Shown in pieces: positions 28,401 to 37,330 of a DNA stretch of 64,000 nt (the first letter of the stretch is position 1; each line of letters starts with the position of its first letter). A model generated the notes under the pieces. The model was not told the origin of the DNA, ran no database searches, and saw only the letters and a list, made by a program, of their open reading frames with translations. This DNA is from an uncultured Opitutia bacterium (lineage in GTDB: Bacteria > Verrucomicrobiota > Verrucomicrobiia > Opitutales > Opitutaceae), in NCBI GenBank assembly GCA_903861185.1, contig CAIOTK010000429.1:4099-68098 (forward strand), written 5' to 3'. A program made the translations under genes and the position numbers.

Positions 28401-31400
28401 ACACCTTGGGCGGCACCGCCACCTCGTCTGGCGTGACTGTCACCGGTGTGGTTGCGACGAGTGTCTCGCTCACCGCACCCGCCAACAACTCCACCGCCGT
28501 AGTCGGAACTGCGGTGAACCTCACGGCCTCTGCCGCGGCCACCGCGGGGGCGATTATCACCCAAGTCGAGTTTCTCGCCGCGGGCGTGCCGGTTGGGACG
28601 GTGACCACCGCGCCGTTCACCCTAGCTTGGACGCCCGCCGCCTCGGGTCCCACGGCCGTGACCGCTCGTGCGACCGATTCGTTCGGTAACATCGTCACCT
28701 CCGCCGCGATCAACGTGACGGTCAATGCGGCCCCGCCTACGATCGTCCTCACTAGCCCGACCCCAGGTAACCAGCTGAACGCCGGTACGCCGGTGCCGAT
28801 CACGGCGACGGTCAACCCCGGTTCCGCCGGAGCGGCCATCACCCGGGTGCAGTTCCTCGCGGGCAGCACGGTCGTCTCTACGGTCGCCGGCGATCCTACC
28901 ACCGCGACTTACACGGGCACTTGGACCCCGGCCTCCGCCGGCGACTTCAACCTCAGTGCCCGCGTGACCGACGCCAACGGCACGGTAGTCACCTCGGCGA
29001 CCGTCAACGTCACGGTGATCACCGTGAGCACCCAGGTCGTCATCACCAGTCCGACCGCGGGTGGCGCTCAGGTGGGCACCCCGCTCGTCTTCAGCGCGAA
29101 TGTCGACGCTGCCCCTGGAGTCACGATCACCCAGGTGCAGTTCCTCGCTGGTTCCACGGTGGTCGCGACGCTGCCGGGCAATGCCGCCGCAACGAGCTAC
29201 AGCACCACTTGGACGCCCACCGCCGCGGGTTCGTACAACCTCACGGTGCGGACGACCGACTCGAACGGCGTGGTGCGCAACTCGGCCGCGGTCCAAGTCG
29301 TGGCCCAGGCCACGACGGTCAGCCTCTCGCTGCTGCCCAATAACACCAGCATCGCGGTGAACTCCTCGCGGATGATCAGCGCCAGCGCCTCGGCGCCCGC
29401 GGGCGTCGCCTCGGTGGAGTTCTACTACGTGGGGGCCTCCGGCATTACCCTGATCGGCACGGACACCGCCCCGCCGTATAACATCCTCTTTACCGCGCCC
29501 GATGAGCCCGGGCGCCGGGTGCTGCGGGCCCGGGCCTACGACATCTTGGGGCAGTCGGTGGATTCGGCCGACTTCACGATCAACATCACCGGACAGATCG
29601 GGGAACCGCCGGTGCTGGGCATTCTCACCCCGGTCAGCGGCTCCTTTGTCGCTGCCAACAACACCACGACCATCTCCGGTACGGCGACCGACGCCGACGG
29701 CTCGATCAGTAGCATCCAAGTGTTCGTTAATGGCACCACCGCCGGCCTCGGCGGCGCGGGCGTCACTGGTGTCACCAACGGGGTCTGGTCCGTCAGTTGG
29801 ACGCCCACCTCCTCAGGTGTCGCCTCGATTTCCGCTATCGCCACCGACAATGCGGGCAACTCTGTTGCCGCGCCCGCGGTGGGAGTGAACATTTCGGATA
29901 GCACGTCCCCGTTCATTAACCTCTCCCTTTCGCCCCGCACCGCCGCGGCGGCCGCCAGCACGACGCTGCCCAGCGGCGCGGTACGCACGCTGGTCGCGGA
30001 TGTCGCCGCGTCCTCCGGACGCGCCGTGGTGCGGGTCGAGTTCTTCGTGGATGGCACCAAGGTCGGCGAGGATACCTCCGCCCCCTACACGCACCGCTAC
30101 ACCGCGCCGGCCCTCGCCGCCGGGGAGCTCTCCCGCCCGTACGTGCTGTCCGCCCGGGCAACCGATAACGCGGGCACCGCCCGCGACGTCCAGGTTTCGG
30201 TGCTGGTCATCTCGCCGGTCGGCGCGCCGCCCACGGTGAACCTCCTCACCCCGGCCAACGGGGCTTCTACCACCCCGGGGTCCGCCATCAGCCTCGCTGC
30301 CACCTCCACCTCCATCGACAGCACAATCGCGAGCGTCCAGTTCTACGTGAACGGTAGCCCCGCGCCGGTCAACGGAGGTAACGGCATCACGGCCGCGCCG
30401 TACGTAACCACCTTCGTGCCGACTCTGCCCGGCTCCTATGTCATCGACGCGATCGCGACCGATGCCCGCGGCAATACGGCGGTCTCGAACTCGGTGACGG
30501 TGTCGGCCGCCTTGCCGGTGCCGACGATCGTCTTCACCGCGCCCAATCCGAACGCCACCGCCCGCGCCACGCCCGGGGTCCCGCTCACCCTCGCGGCCAC
30601 CCCCTCCGTCCTCGGCGGCGGCGCCCAGTTCCTGCTGGTGGAGTTTCTCCTGGATGGCGTGCAGATCGGGGCGGACACGACCGCCCCCTACACCTTCTCG
30701 TGGATCCCGACGGCCGCCCAACTCGGGGAGCGGGTCCTGACTGCGCGCGTCACTGACCTCAACGCCCAGGTCGTCACTACGGCTCCGCTCACGGTCAACG
30801 TCGCCAATGTCGTCGGTTCGCCGCCGACGGTCACGGTCTCCGCGACGCCCATCCCGGGCAACGGCCTCCAGACTGCTTCGACCATCAACTTCCAGGCCAC
30901 GGCCGTCGCCACCGGCACCGGCTCCACCCTGCGTAATGTCGAAATCTTCCTCAATGACGTCAGCATCGGCCTCGCGACTCGCGAGCAGACCACGAACTTC
31001 TACCGCCGCGCGTTCGACCTCAGCCAATTCGACTTCAGCACGATCACGCCGACGATCAACGAGAACACCGGCGCGGTGACTTACCCGGTGCGGCTTTACG
31101 CCATCGCCCGTGACAGCAACAACAACCAGACGGTCTCGCCCACGGTCAACCTCACCATCTTCCCGGCCACCAGCGCTCCGCCGACCATTCAGGTCCAGGC
31201 GTTGACCCCGACGAACATCACCGCCGGCACCCAGTTCTTCATGCAGGCGAACCTGAACGACCCGGATGGCAACGTGAGCACGGTCCAGCTCTACGCCAAC
31301 GGCAGCCTGGTGGGGAACTTCCCGAACCCGCAGCAGGGCCAGCTCCTGACCTACACCGCCAACACGGCGGGCCGGTTCAACCTCTATGCGGTCGTCACGG

Positions 31401-34213
31401 ACGAGACGGGCAACACCGCCGTCTCTACGCCCTCGATCGTCATCAATGTCACCGCCGTCACCGCTCCCACCACCGCGATCACCCGGCCCGAGGACAACAG
31501 TACCGCAACGACCGTCGGTTCCCCGGTCTTCCTCGAGGGCACCGCCGTCAATGCCGTGACGACCCAAGTTCCCACTCTTCAGTTCATCGCGACCGCGGCC
31601 GGCGGCGCCCGCCAAGTCATCACCGGCACCCGCGTCGGCACCACCACCAGCTACCGCGCGATTTGGACCCCCACCAACCCCGACACCTATACGATCACAA
31701 CCCAGGCCTCCGTCGGCAATGTGCAGGGCACGAGCACGACCTCCCGCCGGGTGGTGGTCAGCGATGTCGTGGGCCTCGCCCCGACGATCAGCCTGACGCG
31801 TTCGCCCGGGGTCCTCGGCTACCCGACGTCGGCCCAGACCGCCTCGTCTGCCGACTTCGCCGCCACCGCGCAGGATCCCGATGGCGCCGTCGTCGCCGTC
31901 GAGTTCTTCCTCAATCGATTCAGCATCGGTCAGGCGCGCCGGGATCCGCAGGGCAATACCTGGCGCCTGCAAGCATCGTTCGCGGGGCTCCAGCCCGGGT
32001 CGACCGAGATCGTGGCCCTCGCCCGCGATAGCTCCGGCAACGTCGTCCCCTCGGCCACGGGATTCATCAACGTGACCGCCGCCGCCAGCATCGCGCCTTC
32101 GATCACGATCACCCCGTCAACGACCAATCCGGCCTTTAATCGTCAGGTCCAGCTCCGCGCCAACGCCCGGGACACCGACGGCACGGTGACGAGCGTTCAG
32201 TACTTCGCCAACGCGCTGCCCATCACGTCCTCGACCAACGGCGGCTCTCTGTTCCTCTCCAATTGGACTCCCACCTCCGAGGGCAAGTACCTGCTCTGGG
32301 CGCTCGCCACGGACAGCTCGGGCATCACGACCGTCTCGCCGACGCTCGAGCTCAACGTCCGCCGCAATAATCCCGTCCTCGAGAACGCCGCCTTCATTCT
32401 GCAGACCTACCAGGACATCGCGAACACCACGACGATCAACCCGCTGGTGTTCGATGATCTGGACGAGCGGCTCGGTTCCGGCGCGCTCACCCGGGCCGAT
32501 TTCGTCGCCTCCCTCCTCGACCAGCCTGGCTTCCTCGCTCCGGTCCAGTTCCTTGCGACCTATCAGGTGCTGATGGGCCGCTGGCCGACCCCGCAGGACT
32601 ACTCGAACTTCCTCGCCGTCGCCCGAGGTAGTCTCAGCAACGCCGTGGGCGGGGTGCTCTTTGCGAATGATTACTTCGCCAAGTACGGGACCGTTCCTAC
32701 GACAGGGCTGCTCAATAGCCCGACGAGCGCCATCCCGGCGCGCACGTTCTTGGATCGTCTCTGGGCCAATGCCGGTTCCAGCCCGTCCACCAACCGGGAG
32801 ACCGATCTCGTCCGGTTCATGAGTAACAACGTGCTGAGCACGAACATCGGTCGCGGGTACAACGTGATCGGGGTGAATCAGGCCGTCGCCGAGTTCGTCG
32901 TGAATACGAACGCAGCGAATACCGCCCTCTGGAACCGAGCCCGGGCCGCCGCGATCTTCTATCAGCTCGCCCGCCCGCCCGTCACGGTGACTTACGAGGA
33001 GATCACGGCCCGCGTCGATGCGCTCCTGCGTCTGCCTGACACGAAGGCGATCGTCGACGCCGTGCTGAAGGACGAGCTCTACGGCTACCGCTATGTGACG
33101 ATCACCCGACACCCGCAGTCGCTGGTCGTGTCGCCGCGTTCCGGCGCGATCTTCTCGGTCGAGGCTCAAGGTGCTCCCCCGCTGGTCTATCAGTGGCTCC
33201 TGAACGGCGCCCCGATTCCCGGCGCCACCAGCCCCGTGCTGAGCCTCACGAACGTGGATACGAGCCGCGTCGGCACCTACACCGCGGTCATCACCTCCGC
33301 GGCAGGAGTCGCCACCTCCGATCCGGCGACGCTCACGCTCTCGAACGTCACCACCCGGCTCGCGAACATCTCCACGCGTGGCCAGACCTCGGCGGGTGCC
33401 AACGTGCTGATCGGTGGGTTCGTGGTGAACGCCCCGGCGGGTCAGACCCGTCAGATGCTGATCCGGGTCGTCGGCCCGACGCTCGCGGGTGCCCCCTTCA
33501 ACCTAGCGAATACCCTGAACAACCCGTCGCTCGCCCTCTACGTTGGCACGAACCAGAACCCTGTGCTCACGAACGACGACTGGGGGACGCAGGCCGCCGG
33601 CGCTGCCCAAGTTCAGGCGATCCAGCAGGCGACCAACCGTGCCGCCGCGTTCGCCCTGCAGGCCAATTCCCGCGACGCGGCGATTCTCGCCACCCTGCCC
33701 GCCGGACCTTACACGGTTCAAGCTCAGGTCGGGCCCGGTTCGACCAACCCCTCTGGCTTGGTGCTAATCGAGGTCTACGATGTCACCCAAGGGGGTCCGG
33801 CCGCCCCCAAGGCGATCAACGTCTCCACCCGCGGCGCGGTCGGAACGGGAGCCAACTCCCTGATCGCCGGCTTCGTGGTCACCGGCCAGGTCTCCCGCCG
33901 GATGCTCATCCGCGGTGCGGGTCCGACCCTCGCCAACCTCGGAGTTCCCGGGGTGCTCGCCGACCCGGTACTCACCCTTTCCGCCCAGTCGACGGGCCAG
34001 GTCCTTCGGACTAACGATAACTGGGGCACGGGCGAGGAAGCGGGCATCATTGCCAGCGCGGCTTCCGCCGCCGGGGCCTTCCCGTTCCCGGCCGGCAGTC
34101 GCGACGCGGCGATGATCGTGATGCTTCCCCCCGGCGCCTATACGGTCCAGCTGGCCGGCGTGGGCGGCGGTACCGGGGTTGGCATCGTCGAGGTCTACGA
34201 CGTCGATCCCTGA
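25460..34213 (+). CDS. Giant secreted Ig-repeat surface protein (2917 aa): 23 bacterial Ig (Big_7-like) domains, a helical S-layer/DUF4214-like region, an I-set Ig and two tandem C-terminal 'NISTR' domains
   Basis: Signal peptide MPPFFRRVSSVLAGLAALAAVPGALG. About 95-100-aa repeats with consensus PTVxLTAP...V.FF.xG..xG....PYxxxWTP...G...LxAxxxD..G....S..VxVxV, counted by eye as 23. QWLLNGAPIPGATSPVL I-set Ig. Duplicated C-terminal domain. Confidence 0.9.
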   Translation: MPPFFRRVSSVLAGLAALAAVPGALGTPTISFTPGSFPATGSPAGVVSTPAGLVISVNASPTASASIVGVVVSVNGTNLGTATGSSPFTVPWFPSVAGTYTISATVTDTSANATGAGASVNNATANSIVTLGAARAAQVLAPASGASLVLGSRVFLRSSAALSDGVVQQVEFVLDAGTPGESVLAAATQPPYNVSYLVGGLAPGAHTLTARATANTGGGATLFDSPAVSFNVVSAVGVPPTVAITAPVASAFLATSTAVTLTATASDADGFIPSSSGGGVTFFADGEPVGTDLTAPYSVTWTPSVAKSYSLVAQAVDDRGNVGQSAPVTVSAVASLPTVTVSAPATATAGTAATITAAATASTGATVTSVQFLVNGVALGAALNAPPYSVVWTPSVLGSNAITAQVTDSVGIIATSASANVTVSTASGTAVSLLAPINGATLPQGSQVFLRSTAAIAGSIVSRVDYYLDGVALPGASVTQAPYNVAYTVTAPAGPHTLFARAVASDGATVDSSTAAITVVPPVGVSPTVSLTAPASGSFVATGASVSLTALAADADGFISPNAGGGVTFFADGEPIGSDLVAPYATTWTPAVAKAYSLRAQTVDDKGNLTLSAPVTVTALAALPTVSLVSPPTVATVGAPVTLTATANASPGATVTSVVFLANGTPIGVPAAVSPYTVSWTPAASGAVSLTAQVTDSAGAVITSSASAVTVGSAAASVALIAPTTGSVVAVGTPIDVSATATASAPGASVASVQFLAGTSVIGTATVPTGGVYSVKWTPTSGNTTLTARVTDTLGSTVTSTGVTVTGVAQTAVTLTAPASNASATLGVPFTLTASASATPGTVVTQVEFFAGATSLGVVPATPFTLAWTPAAVGTFAIKARVTDSAGTTAESASVNVTVGQSSSAFVAVTSPVPGAVVTVGVPAEVTATATAPTAGAIVSQVQFLAGTSVIGTVTTPLGGVYSVKWTPTAGNTTLTARVTDTLGGTATSSGVTVTGVVATSVSLTAPANNSTAVVGTAVNLTASAAATAGAIITQVEFLAAGVPVGTVTTAPFTLAWTPAASGPTAVTARATDSFGNIVTSAAINVTVNAAPPTIVLTSPTPGNQLNAGTPVPITATVNPGSAGAAITRVQFLAGSTVVSTVAGDPTTATYTGTWTPASAGDFNLSARVTDANGTVVTSATVNVTVITVSTQVVITSPTAGGAQVGTPLVFSANVDAAPGVTITQVQFLAGSTVVATLPGNAAATSYSTTWTPTAAGSYNLTVRTTDSNGVVRNSAAVQVVAQATTVSLSLLPNNTSIAVNSSRMISASASAPAGVASVEFYYVGASGITLIGTDTAPPYNILFTAPDEPGRRVLRARAYDILGQSVDSADFTINITGQIGEPPVLGILTPVSGSFVAANNTTTISGTATDADGSISSIQVFVNGTTAGLGGAGVTGVTNGVWSVSWTPTSSGVASISAIATDNAGNSVAAPAVGVNISDSTSPFINLSLSPRTAAAAASTTLPSGAVRTLVADVAASSGRAVVRVEFFVDGTKVGEDTSAPYTHRYTAPALAAGELSRPYVLSARATDNAGTARDVQVSVLVISPVGAPPTVNLLTPANGASTTPGSAISLAATSTSIDSTIASVQFYVNGSPAPVNGGNGITAAPYVTTFVPTLPGSYVIDAIATDARGNTAVSNSVTVSAALPVPTIVFTAPNPNATARATPGVPLTLAATPSVLGGGAQFLLVEFLLDGVQIGADTTAPYTFSWIPTAAQLGERVLTARVTDLNAQVVTTAPLTVNVANVVGSPPTVTVSATPIPGNGLQTASTINFQATAVATGTGSTLRNVEIFLNDVSIGLATREQTTNFYRRAFDLSQFDFSTITPTINENTGAVTYPVRLYAIARDSNNNQTVSPTVNLTIFPATSAPPTIQVQALTPTNITAGTQFFMQANLNDPDGNVSTVQLYANGSLVGNFPNPQQGQLLTYTANTAGRFNLYAVVTDETGNTAVSTPSIVINVTAVTAPTTAITRPEDNSTATTVGSPVFLEGTAVNAVTTQVPTLQFIATAAGGARQVITGTRVGTTTSYRAIWTPTNPDTYTITTQASVGNVQGTSTTSRRVVVSDVVGLAPTISLTRSPGVLGYPTSAQTASSADFAATAQDPDGAVVAVEFFLNRFSIGQARRDPQGNTWRLQASFAGLQPGSTEIVALARDSSGNVVPSATGFINVTAAASIAPSITITPSTTNPAFNRQVQLRANARDTDGTVTSVQYFANALPITSSTNGGSLFLSNWTPTSEGKYLLWALATDSSGITTVSPTLELNVRRNNPVLENAAFILQTYQDIANTTTINPLVFDDLDERLGSGALTRADFVASLLDQPGFLAPVQFLATYQVLMGRWPTPQDYSNFLAVARGSLSNAVGGVLFANDYFAKYGTVPTTGLLNSPTSAIPARTFLDRLWANAGSSPSTNRETDLVRFMSNNVLSTNIGRGYNVIGVNQAVAEFVVNTNAANTALWNRARAAAIFYQLARPPVTVTYEEITARVDALLRLPDTKAIVDAVLKDELYGYRYVTITRHPQSLVVSPRSGAIFSVEAQGAPPLVYQWLLNGAPIPGATSPVLSLTNVDTSRVGTYTAVITSAAGVATSDPATLTLSNVTTRLANISTRGQTSAGANVLIGGFVVNAPAGQTRQMLIRVVGPTLAGAPFNLANTLNNPSLALYVGTNQNPVLTNDDWGTQAAGAAQVQAIQQATNRAAAFALQANSRDAAILATLPAGPYTVQAQVGPGSTNPSGLVLIEVYDVTQGGPAAPKAINVSTRGAVGTGANSLIAGFVVTGQVSRRMLIRGAGPTLANLGVPGVLADPVLTLSAQSTGQVLRTNDNWGTGEEAGIIASAASAAGAFPFPAGSRDAAMIVMLPPGAYTVQLAGVGGGTGVGIVEVYDVDP
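25538..32365 (+). repeat. Array of 23 tandem Ig-domain repeats with nested block duplications
   Basis: FFADGE recurs at 26303 and 27164 (861 nt, a 3-domain period). VKWTPT recurs at 27782 and 28349 (567 nt, a 2-domain period). Confidence 0.85.
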
Positions 34214-34334
34214 GCGCCGCTCCCGGGGCGCATCCTATTCCGCTCGGTTCCTTCCCGTCGCTTTGCGCGGGGAGGGCAGGGGTGTTGTTGAGGGAAACTC
34301 TCCCGTGCCGCCCGCGGGGCCGCGGCGCCCCGAC

Positions 34335-36068
34335 TTACTCCGCTACCGTGAGCGCGCGGCGAAAGACCGCCGGGGAGAGCTTGGCCGGTAAGACGTGGGT
34401 CTCCCAGAGCACGCTGGAGCTTTCCCGACGCTGGTACCGGGTGTCATCCGCGGTGCGCGCGATGCGTTCGAAGGAAGCGGGAGCCTCGACGGTCGGCCGC
34501 GTCTGGTCCGTCAGCAGCGTCGCACGCTGCAGCACTGCAAGGTAAAGCCCGTCCCGGCGGCGCTCGGCCTGCAGGAAGCGTAGGTACGCGTCGAGGCTGC
34601 GGAGCTCAGCCGCGGGAACGCTACGAGGTCGGCCGGTGAGTTCGTCGAGTACCCGCCCGGGCGCCAGAACGAGCTCGAGGGTGCGACCAGACCAGTCAGC
34701 AGCGACGGGAACCGGCACGCTGAGGTGGGCGTTGCGCCCTTGGGCGTCCCGCCACGCAAGGTCCGCGGTCAGTTCGGCGCCTGGCGCCACCGTGGCCCGG
34801 GAGAGCACGAACCGCTCGATCGTGATGCCGGGGAGATCGTGGAGGGCCTCGACCTCTAGACGGATGGATTCGGGAAAGACCCGGGCCAGTGGGTTCTGCA
34901 GCACCGCGGAAAGGGATTGCACGATCTCCCCGAGCGCCTGCGCGAACCCCTGCGCGCCCGCGTAGAGCACGTTTTGCCGCCATTCGAGCCCCCCGGGAAA
35001 GGTTAGGTGGCTGGCCACCCGAAAACCCTCGTGGAAGCCCGCATCGTTCGCCCCGAGCACCGCTTGGCTGATTCCGGCCCCGACTACCAGCGGCGCCAGC
35101 TGCGAATGGCGCGCGGCGGCAAAGCGGAGCGGGGTCGCGCCCCCGGGCCGCGTAATCTCGACCGGGATCATCGCCGGTCCGGGCCCCAACTCGCCGGCCA
35201 CCGCGGAAAGCCGGTCCTGCCGGATGGTACCGATGACGGGTCCGATGTTCGCCACCTTCACCGACTGCATCTGCGAGGGCAAAATGGTCAGCACCTCGGC
35301 GTGGCAGAGCGGCAGGGCCACCTCGCCGAGCGCGAGCAAGGGATGGCCGAAAGCGACGATCTCACGCCCGCGGACCAGCGATACGGTACCCGTTGCCGCG
35401 AGGGTGATATCCCCGGTCGCCAAGGCCACGGCCACCGCTCCGCCGGGGACCAACCGGGGTTCCGCCGCCGCGGTGCCGCCCTGGGTCGAGGTCACGACGC
35501 CGCCCGGGAGGACTGGACCGATACCGTGTTCGGCCAGCAAGGGTGCCAGAGCCGCCGCCGCGACGGGGGAGAGGCCGGCCAAACTGAAGGCGGGCTGGAG
35601 GGGCGCAGTAGGGGACAGGCCACCGGAGCCGCCGCCGAGGCGGGTTCCAGAGGCGGGCAGGGTGCGGACCTCCTCGAGGTCCGCCACCGGGGTGAAGCCC
35701 GCGTGCCGCACCGTTTCGAAACGCTGGATCTGGTAACTCAGCGCCCCGGCCAGCTTGCCGTCGATGTACAGCGGGCTGCCGCTCATCCCGGCCACCGCTC
35801 CCATCGGTTGCACGCGCGGATCGGTCAGTTCGCAGACGATCAGGGATTTCCCGGGCCCGAGACCGTTCTGGATCACGCCCGTCACCACGACCCCAAAGGG
35901 CTCCGGTTCCGTGCCCCGGAAGACGGTCCAGACCTCACCCCGCCGGCCCGGGGTCAGCTCGGACAGCGGTAAGGACGGGGCATCCAGCGGGGGCGCGGCC
36001 AGCAGGACCGAAGACCCGGCGAGCAGGGCCGCAAGCCACCGGGGATCAAAGGCCGGCGATCGCATCAC
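34335..36068 (-). CDS. SpoIVB-like serine peptidase (family S55)
   Basis: Signal peptide, [15 protein letters not shown], catalytic [23 protein letters not shown], second domain IVAFGHP. Start is GTG 36068 or ATG 36065. Confidence 0.85.
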   Translation of the reverse strand: MMRSPAFDPRWLAALLAGSSVLLAAPPLDAPSLPLSELTPGRRGEVWTVFRGTEPEPFGVVVTGVIQNGLGPGKSLIVCELTDPRVQPMGAVAGMSGSPLYIDGKLAGALSYQIQRFETVRHAGFTPVADLEEVRTLPASGTRLGGGSGGLSPTAPLQPAFSLAGLSPVAAAALAPLLAEHGIGPVLPGGVVTSTQGGTAAAEPRLVPGGAVAVALATGDITLAATGTVSLVRGREIVAFGHPLLALGEVALPLCHAEVLTILPSQMQSVKVANIGPVIGTIRQDRLSAVAGELGPGPAMIPVEITRPGGATPLRFAAARHSQLAPLVVGAGISQAVLGANDAGFHEGFRVASHLTFPGGLEWRQNVLYAGAQGFAQALGEIVQSLSAVLQNPLARVFPESIRLEVEALHDLPGITIERFVLSRATVAPGAELTADLAWRDAQGRNAHLSVPVPVAADWSGRTLELVLAPGRVLDELTGRPRSVPAAELRSLDAYLRFLQAERRRDGLYLAVLQRATLLTDQTRPTVEAPASFERIARTADDTRYQRRESSSVLWETHVLPAKLSPAVFRRALTVAE

Positions 36069-37323
36069 TGAGCACCGCGCAGGCTTGGTCGATGTCGCGC
36101 CCCTCGTGGGCCGTGCTCAGGAAACCGGCCTCGTACGCGCTGGGGGCGAGGTAGACCCCGCGCTCCAAGCAGGAATGGAAGAGCCGAGCGAAGAGTTTGC
36201 CGTCGGAACGCAACGCGGAGTCGTAATCGCGCACCGGTTCTGGATTGAAGAAGAGACTGAACATCGATCCTCGCTGCGGGAACTGCACCGCCAGGCCCTT
36301 CGCGCGCGCCGCGTCTAGCACCGCTTGGCGCATTTGGCCGCCGAGCCGTTCCAAGCGCTGGTAGGGTTCATCGGTCGCCAGCATCCGCAGGCTGGCGATG
36401 CCCGCCGCCATCGCGAGCGGGTTACCGCTGAGGGTGCCCGCCTGATAAACGGGTCCGAGGGGGGCAAGGTGGTCCATCACGTCCGCCCGGCCGCCAAAGG
36501 CCCCGACGGGCAGGCCCCCGCCGATGATTTTCCCGAGGCAGGTCAGGTCGGGCGTGATCCGCTCGAGTTCCTGCGCCCCGCCGCGCGCGAGCCGGAAACC
36601 GGTCATCACCTCATCAAAGATGAGCAGCGCCCCGTGGCGCGCGGTCACCTCGCGGGTGAACGCCAGGTAGCCCGGGTCCGGCGCGATGAAGCCCACGTTC
36701 CCGCAATAGGGCTCGATGATCACCGCGGCGATCGCCCCCGGGTGCGCCGCGAAGGCCGCCTCGAGGGCCGCCGGGTCGTTGTAGGGCAGCACCAGCGTCT
36801 CTCGCGCGAACGCCGCCGGGATCCCGGCGCTGTCCGGATGGCCGTGCGTCAGGGCCCCGGAGCCCGCCTTAATCAGCAGCGAGTCAGAGTGTCCGTGGTA
36901 ACAGCCGGAAAACTTGATAATCTTATCCCGCCCGGTGAAGCCCCGCGCTAGCCGCAGGGCGGACATCGTCGCCTCGGTGCCGCTGCTGCACATCCGTACC
37001 TTGCGGATGGAAGGCACGTAGCGGGTGATGAGCTCCGCCATCTCCACCTCGAGGGGGTTGGGCGTGCCGAAGGAAGTCCCGTGCTCCAGGGCCTCCGCCA
37101 GCGCGGCCCGGATCACGGGATGGTTGTGCCCGTGGATCGCCGGGCCCCAAGTGCACACAAAATCGATCAGCTCCCGCCCGTCGGCGGTGATCAGCCGGGC
37201 CCCGCGAGCCGCCCGGACGAAGAAGGGCGCGCCGCCCACCGAGCGGAAGGCGCGCACCGGGGAGTTGACCCCGCCCGGGATGAGTTCCCGGGCGCGGGCG
37301 AAAAGTTCAGCAGAGGAGGACAT
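36046..37323 (-). CDS. hemL: Glutamate-1-semialdehyde 2,1-aminomutase
   Basis: [36 protein letters not shown] Lys in [19 protein letters not shown]. Start moved to ATG 37323. Confidence 0.96.
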   Translation of the reverse strand: MSSSAELFARARELIPGGVNSPVRAFRSVGGAPFFVRAARGARLITADGRELIDFVCTWGPAIHGHNHPVIRAALAEALEHGTSFGTPNPLEVEMAELITRYVPSIRKVRMCSSGTEATMSALRLARGFTGRDKIIKFSGCYHGHSDSLLIKAGSGALTHGHPDSAGIPAAFARETLVLPYNDPAALEAAFAAHPGAIAAVIIEPYCGNVGFIAPDPGYLAFTREVTARHGALLIFDEVMTGFRLARGGAQELERITPDLTCLGKIIGGGLPVGAFGGRADVMDHLAPLGPVYQAGTLSGNPLAMAAGIASLRMLATDEPYQRLERLGGQMRQAVLDAARAKGLAVQFPQRGSMFSLFFNPEPVRDYDSALRSDGKLFARLFHSCLERGVYLAPSAYEAGFLSTAHEGRDIDQACAVLSDAIAGL

Positions 37324-37330
37324 CGGAAAA

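Noticed and set aside
18285-34213. Prophage or genomic island origin for the secretin/giant-protein locus
   Set aside because: No integrase, tRNA, att-like direct repeats or phage genes, and no compositional break is obvious by eye; the cluster type is native to Verrucomicrobia.
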